Below are positions 38,025 through 49,021 of a stretch of DNA of 64,000 nucleotides, piece by piece. A model generated the notes under the pieces. It was not told where the DNA came from, ran no database searches, and was given only the letters and a program-made list of their open reading frames with translations. The stretch comes from Mustelus asterias. Taxonomy: Eukaryota. The position numbers and the translations under genes are program-made. Each line of letters begins with the position of its first letter. Within the stretch, counting starts at the first letter, position 1. The stretch is taken from assembly GCF_964213995.1 (NCBI RefSeq), contig NW_027590179.1:62001-126000 (forward strand), given 5' to 3'.

Positions 38025-38600
38025 TTATAGAATTCCTACAGTGCAGAGGAGGCCATTTGGCCCATCGAGCCTGCACCGAACAACAATCCCACCCAGGCCC
38101 TATCACTGCAACCTCACCTATTTACCCTGCTAATCCCCCTGAGGGTACTAATAGGTCAATTTAGCATGGCCAATCCACCTAGCCTGCACATCTTTGAACT
38201 GTGGGAGGAAACTGGAGCACCCGGAGGAAACCCATGCAGACACGGGGAGAACGTGCAGACTCTGCACAGACAGTGACCCAAACCGGGAATCAAACCCAGG
38301 TCCCTGGCGCTGTGAGGCAGCAGTGATAACCACTACTGTTTTTTTGTTTTTAAAGTTAAACTTTATTTATTAATCACAAGTAAGGCTTACGTTAACACTG
38401 CAATGAAGTTACTGTGAAATCCCCCGAGTCGCCACACTCGGGTACCTGTACAGGTCAATGCACCTAACCAGCATGTCTTTCAGACTGTGGGAGGAAACCG
38501 GCGCACCCGGAGGAAACCTACACCGACAAGGGGAGAACATACAAACTCCACATGAGGCAGCAGTGCTAACCACTGTGTGCCGTGTCGCCACTGTGCCGTT
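38025..38600 (-). mobile_element. Two adjacent V-SINEs (CR1 tail; alternative tail)
   Basis: Two heads and V-domains. Confidence 0.8.
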
Positions 38601-39119
38601 TTTTAAAGTTCAGAGTAAAATAATTGTCACAATTTAAATATACAAATCAGTGATATTTATTTCTTTAACTGAGACTGGGCTGTTCAGGAGGAATGTCAGG
38701 AATCACTTCACGGAAAATAGAAATCTGGAATTCTGATCAGATTCAGTCAACAGAAAATTTAAAAACTGAGATTGTAAGAAGGTTGTGAGATGAGAGTGTT
38801 AAGGATTATGGAATCAAGGGAGATGGATGGATTTAACAAACAGATCAGGCAAGTCATTCTCAAACCCAAGAGACTCCCAATGAAATAGGAAGTCAGGGCA
38901 GATCGGGAAGGTGGGGCTCTTTTGGTGTCATGCCCAAGGTACTCAGGTGACCGGGTGCCACTTGAGGGAGGAAGCTGGCGAGTCTTGTCCAACCAACAGG
39001 GTACATGTGTGGCCGTGTTAGTGAAGGAGCATTGGGTTGGCGGGGCATCAGGGAGCAGTGACCAGGAGAGAAAATGATTGATTTTATTCTTATTCTGCAA
39101 ACAGCAGCTGGAGATCTGA

Positions 39120-39420
39120 ACACAGCCAGTGCGGCTGATCGAGTGAATCCCTTCCCACACTCGGAACAGGTGAATGGCCGGTGAGTTCACAGCGGAGAGC
39201 GGCCATTCACCTGCTCTGAGTGTGGGAAAAGATTTACTTGTTCATCTCATCTATTGAAACACCAGCACACTCACACGTTGGAGAGACCATTCACCTGCTC
39301 CTTGTGTGGGAAGGGATTCACTCAATCTTCTAACCTGCTGACACATCAGCAAATTCACAAGTGAGTGCAGAGGTTGGAGTTCTCTTTATTGCTGCTGTTG
39401 ATCACATTGAGGACTAAATG
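39120..39420. pseudogene. Back-to-back ZNF fragments (minus-strand finger and two plus-strand terminal fingers)
   Basis: 39141-39180 is the reverse complement of ~39200-39239; plus strand ends cacaagtga. Confidence 0.75.
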
Positions 39421-39664
39421 TCTGGGTTAAACCTGAGGTGGGTAAGAAATGTGTCCCAGCTGCTCTCTTCCATGGTTCAGAGCTCTGAGACATGGAACAG
39501 AGGCTCCTTTATAACTGTGTTTAGAGTCAGGAAGAACAACAGTGAACGCTGGAAACATGCTGTCAGATCAGAGATTGGTGTAAAACTGGGATCTGTTCCT
39601 GACTGAGAGTGAAACAGCAGGTTTAAGTTTCCTGTCTGGAACTGATTGTGGTAATTATGGTAAT

Positions 39665-39890
39665 CACAGAATCCCTACAGTGCAGAAGGAGACCATTTGG
39701 CCCATCGAGTCTGCAGCGACTCTCTGTCAGAGCATCGTCCCCAGACACACCCCTCCCACGCTAGCCCCATAACCCCACGCATTTACCCACTTCTCCTCCC
39801 AACCTTAACATCTTGGGACATCTATGGGGCAATTTAGCATTGGTCAATCTGCCTAACCTGTACATCTTTGCACTGCGGGAGGCAACCAGG
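39665..39890 (-). mobile_element. Partial V-SINE
   Basis: Tail and body similarity. Confidence 0.7.
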
Positions 39891-40571
39891 GAGCATTTAC
39901 ATGGAGATGCTGCTTCTACCCAGAGTGTAATGGTAATGCTGCTGCACTTTGATACGACTGCTCAGACATCAGACTGTGTCAGCTCTTATTGATACTGAAT
40001 AAAATCTAACCACTGTCACCAATAAGGGTTATCACTGGCAATCATTTCAGAGTTTGGGGAAAGAGAATAAAGGGTTAATGGACACCCCGAATCCCAATTC
40101 TATAGATTAAAAGGATGTTCACAATGCTCTGGGTCCAAGTGGTTTCTCTTCAGCTCCTCTGCACCCTGTTACTGACACTTTGGGCACATGGACTGAACCC
40201 CAGGGATCCCATCACCATCTGCCCCAATCGCCCCGTCTCCTGCCCCGATTGGCTGGAGGCCCATTTCCCAGTCAGTCCTCCAGCACATTCCTGTCTCTCT
40301 ATCAGTGCAACGTCCAGGGCAGCTTCCCAATTGAGGCTCAGGCCCCATTATTCTCAGCTAAATTCAGCTCTCAACTCCGTCACCTGGCTGTCACTAACAT
40401 GAGCAACAGAGACAGAAAGGTGCCCCAGGCTGAAGTGGGAACTTGAAACTTGTGGCTCCAAACAAACTCTTCAACATTTGTGCATTCAATACCTGTTTTT
40501 GTATGAGGTTGTTATTTTGACATTGAGGCACTGGAGGTGAAGAATAACTTTCCCTTTCTAACTTTGAATTA

Positions 40572-41048
40572 GAACCATAGAACCATAGAAAATTACAGTT
40601 CAGAAACAGGCCTTTTGGCCCTTCTTGTCTGTGCTGAACCATTTTTTACCTAGTTCCACTGACCTGCACTTGGACCATATCCCTCCACACCCCTCTCATC
40701 CATGAACCCGTCTAAGTTTTTCTTAAATGTTAAAAGTGACCCCGCATTTACCACTTTATCCGGCAGCTCATTCCACACTCCCACCACTCTCTGCGTGAAG
40801 AAGCCCCCCCTAATATTCCCTTTAAAATTTTATCCTTTCACCCTTAACCCATGCCCTCTGGTTTTTTTCTCCCCTAGCCTCAGCGGAAAAAGCCTGCTTG
40901 CATTCACTCTATCTATACCCATCAAAATCTTATACACCTCTATCAAATCTCCCCTCAATCTTCTACGCTCCAGGGAATAAAGTCCCAACCTATTCAATCT
41001 CTCTCTGTAACTCAGCTTCTCAAGTCCCGGCAACATCCTTGTGAACCT
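40572..41048 (-). mobile_element. CR1 3' fragment
   Basis: MLPGLEKLSYRERLNRLGLYSLERRRLRGD; (TTCTATGG) tail. Confidence 0.85.
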
Positions 41049-41479
41049 GTCTATTGTCTATTGTATCAGCCACGGAGCAGTGGATCCACACGCTTCCACA
41101 AGAAACTGCAAAGGGTGGTGAACGTACCCAGTCTATCACACAAACCAGCCTCCCATCCATTGCCTGTGTCTACACTTCCAGCTGCTTTGGAAAAACAGCC
41201 AGCATAATCAAGGACCCTACACAGCCCAGACATTCTCCCTTCCACCTTCTTCCACTGGGAAAAGGATACAAAAGTCTGAGGACACATACCAACTGACTTC
41301 CCTGCTGCCATCAGACTTTTGAATGGACCTACCTCATATTAAGTTGATCTTTCTCTACATTCTAGCACTACATTCTGCACTCTCTCCTTTCCTTCTCTAT
41401 GAACGGTATGCTTTGTATAGCATGCAAGAAATAATACTTTTCACTGTATACTAATAATGTGATGATAATAAATCAAATC

Positions 41480-41890
41480 TTCACTCTGAATCAGAAGATT
41501 GTTCTTTCCAATCCCAGTCCATTGACCTGAGGCCAACATTCAAAGTGCCAGCACTGAGGGAGTGCTGCATTATTAGAGCTGCTGCCTTTAGGATGAGATG
41601 TCAACCCAAGTACCCCATCTGCCCCTTCAAGGACATAGACGTTGCCATGGGTATGATTTTGAAGAAGAGCAGGGGGGCTATCCCCAGAGTCCTGACCAAT
41701 ATTTATCAATCAACATCGCTACAAACAGGTCATCTGCTCATGATCATGTTGCTGCTTTTGGGATCTTGCTGTGTACACCTTAGCTGCCACATTTCCTGCA
41801 TTACAACAATGACCACACTTCAAAGCTGCTTCATTGGTTGGAAAGCGCATTGGGACATCCTGTGGTCCTGAACGATGCTAAATGCAAGTT
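41480..41890 (+). mobile_element. DeuSINE-like (SacSINE1/AmnSINE-type) element
   Basis: gcactgagggagtgctgca...ggatgagatg...gaagaagagcagggg...ggatcttgctgtg...cattacaaca, L2-like tail; family recognised from memory. Confidence 0.6.
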
Positions 41891-43683
41891 TTTAAATTTC
41901 AGATTTGTGTTCCCTGATCTTGATATCTGAATTTTAATTGATTTCAGCCACCCCCAACTTGCCATTTAACAAATTCACCTTGGATCGAAGAATATTTTAA
42001 CCAATTAAGGCAACAGCAGGAATCTACGGTGGGTAAATTTTAAAAATAAGTTTATTCGACAAGAAATGTTTACTTCAAACATTTACAGCTTGATGTGGGT
42101 GATCAGTCTGTCGAAGGTTAACCCTCTCTGGCTCCTTCTTTGACAGGAATTCTTGTGGATTTCAACCTCAGAAGCCTGGTTCCTTCTTTGACAATAATTT
42201 ACCTGGAACTCGACCCTGTGAATATTCAGTACTTGGCTGGCAGGGAAGATGTTGGGAATCTCTACTTTTATCCCCAAAGTGACCATTACCTGACATCAGA
42301 GTTGGGCTGATTGTGACATGACACTTGGTCAATTTGGTTACCAGATTAATTTAACCGGATCCCCAATTACTGACACCACCTTCTCTCATCATCTTAGACA
42401 GGAATACAATTGCACAGTTTCATACTAACCCTTTATCTGATTCTATACAATCAGGTGTTCAGACAATTTCAAATTCTGAGACAAATCAGAGCTTGAAGGT
42501 CTCTCTTACCAGTACATTTATCATCATTGCACATTCTTCACATACACAGCAATTCAGATGATATGTTTTTACAGCAAATAAAACTCAGCCTTTTACTATA
42601 AGACTACTTGTGACACTAATAGATAAACAAAAAAATGACATTCTTCATTGATTTATTAACCGTAACTCAATTAAATCTCACTACTTCTCCAGTTATTTGT
42701 TACTGAATGCAAGCTAATTAATGCAGTAATCTTTAATTAATAAACTTGGTTACTACAAGATAGACTGGCTCAAAAAGACAGTTTGTCGAAAGATAACAGC
42801 TTTCTTCCTTACTAATCCTGACCAGACTGAACAATGAACCTTATTCTTTAGTTGGACTTTGGCAGAATATGATATCCTGTAGTTTATCAAAATTATAAAA
42901 TAATTTCTTTCTTTAAACAATTTCTGCCGGCTCTGCGGTTTCTGGAAACATTTCAGGTTATTCAGTGTTAATATTTTAAAATAAAGATCTAGCCTTTATA
43001 TAATTGTCTATTACACTGAGTCACTGATGATAGCTTATTCAAGGTTAATTACTGAATAACCATATGTTACATATAAAATCAATTTGTAGCTAATAAAGCC
43101 AGTGACAGAAGGTGAACAGACTGTTAGAAGCCACATGTTTTGAGTTTAAAATGGTTTCCTTGACCTTGTTACTTATAGCAGTGAATGTGATATGAAAGCG
43201 ATTGAATTTTAAAACTAAATTTGATGACTCAGGCCCTGCAATTTCCTCCATTACAACAGTCACTACAATTCACAGAACTTCATTCACTGTATAATGCTTC
43301 AGGACAAAGGCATAGATAGAGAAACAAGGTGGTGAAAGGTTATCGGGGGAGGTGGGAATGTGGAGTTGAGGTTTCAATTAGATCAGCCATGATCGTGTTG
43401 AATGGCAGAACAGGCTCCTGATTCACATGTTCATCTGACACCCGGTGGTTGTGAGAGGTGCTATAGAAATGCAATTTTTTTTTGTTTCCCCACAATGTTG
43501 GATAATTACACTCAGTCCCTGCATCAAAATCATTGTTAAAGGTTGAGTCTAAATTTGACACATTTTGAATGCTGGGGTGGTTTTCTCCAAAGAGAAGACG
43601 AAGAAGTGATCTGATGGAAGTCTTTAAGATTATGAAGGGGTTCAATAATCCAATAGGGATTTCAGTGAGAAACTTCTTTACCC

Positions 43684-44020
43684 AGTGAGTGGTGAGAATG
43701 TGGAACTCACTACCACAGCCAGTGGTGAGAATGTGGAACTCACTACCACAGCGAGTGGTGAGAATGTGGAACTCACTACCACAGCGAGTGGTGAGAATGT
43801 GGAACTCACTACCACAGCGAGTGGTGAGACTGTGGAACTCACTACCACAGCGAGTGGTGAGACTGTGGAACTCACTATCACAGCGAGTGGTGAGACTGTG
43901 GAACTCACTATCACAGCGAGTGGTGAGACTGTGGAACTCACTATCACAGCGAGTGGTGAGACTGTGGAACTCACTATCACAGCGAGTGGTGAGAATGTGG
44001 AACTCACTACCACAGCGAGT
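43684..44020 (+). repeat. 33-bp tandem minisatellite (~10 copies) derived from a CR1 3' coding segment
   Basis: Unit gagtggtgaga(a/c)tgtggaactcacta(c/t)cacagc, reading RVVRMWNSLPQ. Confidence 0.95.
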
Positions 44021-44461
44021 GATTGAGATGAACAGCATGAATACATTGAAGGGGAAGCTCGATACATACATGAGGGAGAAAGGAATAGAAGGATATGCTG
44101 ATGGGGGGAGATGAAGAGGGGTGGGTGGAAACTTATGTGGAGCATAAATAGTGATGTAGACTGATTGAGCCGACTGGCCTGGCCCTGTGCTGTAGACTCA
44201 ATGGAACAGAGACAAATGTATTTTAGATCTACCTGGAGTGCTATTAAAAGCACTATTTACTATCCAAGATAAAATAAATGTCCTTCATCAGCTTTTGTGG
44301 ATCATTTCAGTAGAAATGTGCTCTCCCAGGCTCAAAGTGCATCAACCCACTGGAATCAACATTGAGAGACCAGCCAGTCCAGCAGAAAGAAACTTCACCA
44401 AAATGGTTCAGTCCTGGACATGATGAACAGCAGCAATAACAGCAGAATCCAACCCCTGTCA

Positions 44462-45640
44462 TCATTTGTGAACTTGCTGGTGTCTCAGCAGCTGTGATGA
44501 CCGAGTGAATCCCTTCCCGCACACAGAGCAGGTAAATGGTTTCTTCCCAGTGTGAACTCGTTGGTGTGCCCACAGGTTGGATGAATTACTGAATCCCTTC
44601 CCACACTGAGAGCAGGTGAATGGTCTCTCTCCGGTGTGAACTCGCTGGTGTGTCTGCAGGTGGGATGACTGAGTAAATGCTTTCCAACAATCAGAGCAAG
44701 TGAATGGTCTCTCCCCAGTGTGCACTCGTCGGTGTTTCTGCAGATTGGATGCATCTGGGAATCCCTTCCCACAATCGGGGCAGGTGAACGGTCTCTCCCC
44801 AGTGTGAACTCGCTGGTGTATCAACAGATGCGATGAATCAGTGAATCGCCTCCCACATTCGGGGCAGGTGAATGGCCTCTCCCCAGTGTGAATTCGCTGG
44901 TGCATCAACAGATGGGATGAGCGACTAAATCCCTTCCCACAGATAGAGCAGGTGAATGGTTTCTCTCCAGTGTGAACTCGTTGGTGCATCAGCAGACTGA
45001 ATGAATCACTGAATCTCATCCCACACATTGAGCAGGGGAATGGTCTCTCTCTGGTATGAACCCTCTGGTGCATCAGCAGGTTGGATGAATCAGTAAATCC
45101 CTTCCCACACTCGGAGCAGGCGAACGGCCTCTCCCCAGTGTGAACTCGCTGGTGCCTCAGCAGGTTGGATGAATCACTGAATGCCTTCCCACACTCAGAG
45201 CAGCTGAATGGTCTCTCCCCAGTGTGAATGCGCTCGTGTGACTGGAGGTGGGATAACTGAGTGAATTCCTTCCCGCACTCCGAGCAGGTGAACCGCCTCT
45301 CCCTGGTGTGAACTCGCTGGTGCATCAACAGGTTGGATGAATCACTGAATCCCTTTCCACAATCGGAGCAGGTGAATGGCCTCTCCCCAGTGTGAACTCG
45401 CTTGTGTGTCTGCAGGTGGGATGAACTTGTGAATCCTTTCCCACACTCAGGGCAGGTGAATGGCCTCTCCCCTGTGTGAACTCGTTTGTGTGTCTGCAGG
45501 GAGGATGAATGAGCGAATCCCTTCCCACACTCCAAGCAAGGGAACGGCCTCTCCCCAGTGTGACTGCGTTGATGAGTTTCCAGCTGATATGGGAAATTGA
45601 ATCCTTTACCACAGTGTCCACATTTCCATGGTTTCTCCAT
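44462..45640 (-). CDS. Tandem C2H2 zinc-finger protein (14 fingers)
   Basis: Intact ORF, ACACCATGG MEKPWKC (alternative in-frame ATG at 45655). Confidence 0.88.
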   Translation of the reverse strand: MEKPWKCGHCGKGFNFPYQLETHQRSHTGERPFPCLECGKGFAHSSSLQTHKRVHTGERPFTCPECGKGFTSSSHLQTHKRVHTGERPFTCSDCGKGFSDSSNLLMHQRVHTRERRFTCSECGKEFTQLSHLQSHERIHTGERPFSCSECGKAFSDSSNLLRHQRVHTGERPFACSECGKGFTDSSNLLMHQRVHTRERPFPCSMCGMRFSDSFSLLMHQRVHTGEKPFTCSICGKGFSRSSHLLMHQRIHTGERPFTCPECGRRFTDSSHLLIHQRVHTGERPFTCPDCGKGFPDASNLQKHRRVHTGERPFTCSDCWKAFTQSSHLQTHQRVHTGERPFTCSQCGKGFSNSSNLWAHQRVHTGKKPFTCSVCGKGFTRSSQLLRHQQVHK

Positions 45641-46419
45641 GGTGTAGGTGTCCATGTGTCTCTCCCAGTTTGACAGTCAGTTGAAGCCTTGTCCATACAT
45701 AAAAAACCTGAATAGTGACTAGTGATGTCTTTTCAAGCTGTGTAACTGGTTGAAGCTTTATTCCACAGTCAGTGCACAGGAACACCCACTCATGTCTGTG
45801 TCTCCACGTTTTCCAATCACACTTATGGTTGAAATCTCTTGAAGCAGACAGAACAGAGAAATATTTCTCTTTATAGATTCCAAAGGCTGATGTTGTTCAG
45901 GTCCCGATTTATCAAGTTAATCTGGCAGATCACCACAAGTATTTGTTTTGAGAAGTCCAATTCTGATATTCTGTAAAATGAGTTCCAAAATTCATCACTG
46001 TCAGTGCAACTTAGAAATTCAGAAAAGACAATTCTAGTTTTTATAGAAAATTCTTTACTTTCTCCCGCCATTCTTACCCTGCATCTAATACACATCATAG
46101 AACAACACTCGACATATCCCTGTCCTATATTAATTTACTGTCTCCTTAATATCAGCTATCTCCTGGGGATCCACCCCTTTAATTGTGACCATTACGAATA
46201 TAGACCATCCTTTTAGCCAGACAAATAAATGTATTAAGCTGAGGGAGCTAAAGAATGTTAATGTCTTTAAAAGAGAAAGACTTGGGGCAACCTTACCAGA
46301 GTCTGCAGCCTCCCTGGATTCACTTCCTTTCCCTTCAGTTGCTGCAAGTCCCCAAAATCCCCCAGAATGAGAAAAGAAATGGAAAGGGGGAGAAAAGAAA
46401 GTGTTTCACTCACAGAGGT

Positions 46420-46720
46420 TGGAGAGACAGAAGAACGTTTCTGTCTGCATGAAGCTCAATCTGCATTGTCACAAAGACAGCATTCTGATTGGCTGGAGGA
46501 CCAGAGGGCTTCCGGTCCTCCAACTATTCTCATTGGTGAATGTCTCACGCGACATAATGGTGGGTGGGACCTCCTCCGTACATGCGCACCTTCCCTCTCC
46601 CCTGGACATGCGCATTCGGGGTCGCTTGCTTGCGTGGCGAATAGAGCGGTTTCCCCAGCGCCGTGGATTGTGGGTATGCGGCTGCCATTATTCAGCCGGT
46701 CTCCAAACTCCTGGGACTGG
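46420..46720 (-). promoter_or_regulatory. CpG promoter and 5' exons of ZNF 44462-45640
   Basis: ATTGG twice, CATGCGCA twice, donor GTGAGT at ~46411; homologous to cassette arms. Confidence 0.6.
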
Positions 46721-47770
46721 GGTGAAAATTCGTGGGTTTGGGTTTGGGTTTGGTACCTGTGGGTTATAACTGGATTTGATTGTGACGCCCCTTTCGCAAA
46801 AGAGTTTGTTAAATACAGCTGTAAAGATTTGGACAGTGGCACAGTGGTTAGCACCGCTGCCTCACAGCGCCAGGGACCCAGGTTCAATTCCGGCCTTGGG
46901 TGACTGTCTGTGGGGAGTTTGTACATTCTCTCTGTATCTGTGTGAGTGGCTGGGCTTACCCGTCTTGCCAGCGGTTGACATGAGCTGGCCATGTCAATGA
47001 TGAACCTCATGCAGGAGGACACCAAGGCAGCCTCATGCAGGAGGACACCAAGGGCAGCCTCAAGGCTGGTTTGGCCCTTCTGGTTCCCCTCTCCCCCTGC
47101 TCCAATGGCACAGACATTTGGAAATATGTAACCAATGTCCAACTCCTCAGTGCCAAAAGATATTGCTGATTTTTAAAATTACTGCCTCTGAAAACTGGCA
47201 TGGTTTGCAGAGATTAACAATTTAATGCACTTAACTGGACAGACTGGAAAATGCCCACATCTTTTCTCTGTCTAGTTAATCCACTCGAATGATCATCTGA
47301 TGAGTCAGCTGACACTGTCCCATGCAGGGAGCCTTTTAAAGTGCTGGCCGTGACCTTGTTCTGGGTCACTGCCTGCAGTCTACAACACTAGACATCCCAC
47401 TCTCCAACACTCATTGAGCAAAATGAAGGTCTACAACCCGCCCTTGCTGCTAATTGGTGACAATGAATGTATTATCAGGCACGAAGTGATGGCGGCACAG
47501 AAGTCGGAATGCTGCTGAATTCCGGATGTGGAATGCGCTGTCATAGAAACGAGAAGCAGGAGTAGGCCATTTGGCCCTTCAAACCTGCTCCACCATTCAT
47601 TATAATCATGGCTAATCATCAAATTCAATGGGCTGATCATCGAATTCAATATCCTGATCCCACATAACTGCATTGTTCAGCTGTTGGAAGTTACCTCAAA
47701 ACTGATTGCAAACGTTTATGTTTCTGATGTAAATCACCATTTAAAGTCAATAAGGCTGAGTGTAATTATT

Positions 47771-47906
47771 GAGCTCTGATGGGGGGTCATCTAGACTCAA
47801 AATGTTGGCTCTATTCTCTCTCCACAGATGCTGTCAGACCTGCTGAGATCCCAGCATTTTCTGTTTTTGTTTCAGATTCCAGCAGCCACAGTAATTTGCT
47901 TTTATC
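47771..47906 (+). mobile_element. Penelope-like repeat with degenerate hammerhead motif
   Basis: GAGCT-CTGATGG-GGGGTC-atcta-GACTC-AAAATGTT-GGCTC plus family tail. Confidence 0.5.
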
Positions 47907-49021
47907 TTAAGAGATTATTCCTCAAATTGAAATTGACAAAATAAATTGATATGAGTGGCTGATTTGAACATCCAAAGGGAAAGTTTAAGGGAATAATCAC
48001 ATTGTCAGAACAAAAAGAAACTAACAACTAACAGCCAGGTGGTTCCCCAGTGTCAAAAACGATTTCTTTTTCACAATAATATTTCTACTTGAATTTGGGT
48101 TAATTTCGGAAAAAAAGTCAGAGAAAATTTGTGTTATTTTTAGGAAATAAAAGACCATCTAAAACAAAGATCTTGATAATGCCTGAAATCAAATATGATT
48201 ATAATATATGAAATATGATATGGGGAAGTTTAGGAGTGAGAGGAGGAGAAATTTCTTCATGCAGAGAGTGGTGAACTTGTGGAATTCGCCAGCACAGAAG
48301 GCTGTGGAGGCCAAAACATTAGAAATATATCTGTTTACCTTCTGAGATATATTCAGACTCTAAAAGCCTCAAGGAGTTTGGGGAGATCAGTGGAGAATAA
48401 TGTTGAGATAGGGGATCAGTCATGATCATCTTGAATTGCAGAACAGGATCGAAGGGCCAAATGACCTATCCTGCTCCTATTTTCTATGTTTCTGGAAGTC
48501 AACAAAACAAGATTCTCATCAGGACTGTTGTTAAAAATGGAAACGAGGAATTACACATCTTCAGCCTGATCAACCAACATAAATTATAAAAGTCTGTTCT
48601 GTTAAGTATATTTTTCCATTCTATATTGACAAGTATTTTTCTTTTAAATAAGCTTCCTTCAATTGATTATATAAGATTCCTGAGATAGAATCCCTACAGT
48701 GCTGAAGGAGGCCATTTGGCCCATGGAACCTGCACCAACAACAATCCCACCCAGGCCTAACCTCATAACCCATTTACTCTGCTAATCCCCCTGACACTAA
48801 AGGTCAATGTAGAATAGCCAATCAACCTAACCCACACATCTTTGGAGTGTGAGGAAACCAGAGCACCTGGAGGAAACCCACACAGACATGGGGAGAACGT
48901 CTTATCCAGTGGTTAAAAGTCTTGTTTAAAGTAAAATAACAAAGAACAAAAGAACAAAGAACAGTACAGCACAGGAAACAGGCCCTTCGGCCCTCCAAGC
49001 CTGTGCCGCTCCTTGGTCCAA

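Noticed and set aside
40139-40158. U5 snRNA-like ggtttctcttcag (and gccttttacta at ~42589)
   Set aside because: Only 11-13 nt matches, far apart, with no rest of U5
43684-44020. CRISPR-like array with palindromic repeats
   Set aside because: Units are contiguous with no unique spacers, derive from CR1 sequence, no cas genes, eukaryotic context
47006-47060. 26-bp tandem duplication (also a 14-bp duplication at ~32507-32534)
   Set aside because: Simple local duplications with no further structure
47298-47320. CTGATGAGTCAGCTGAC hammerhead-like core
   Set aside because: Not followed by GAAA; no helix I or III
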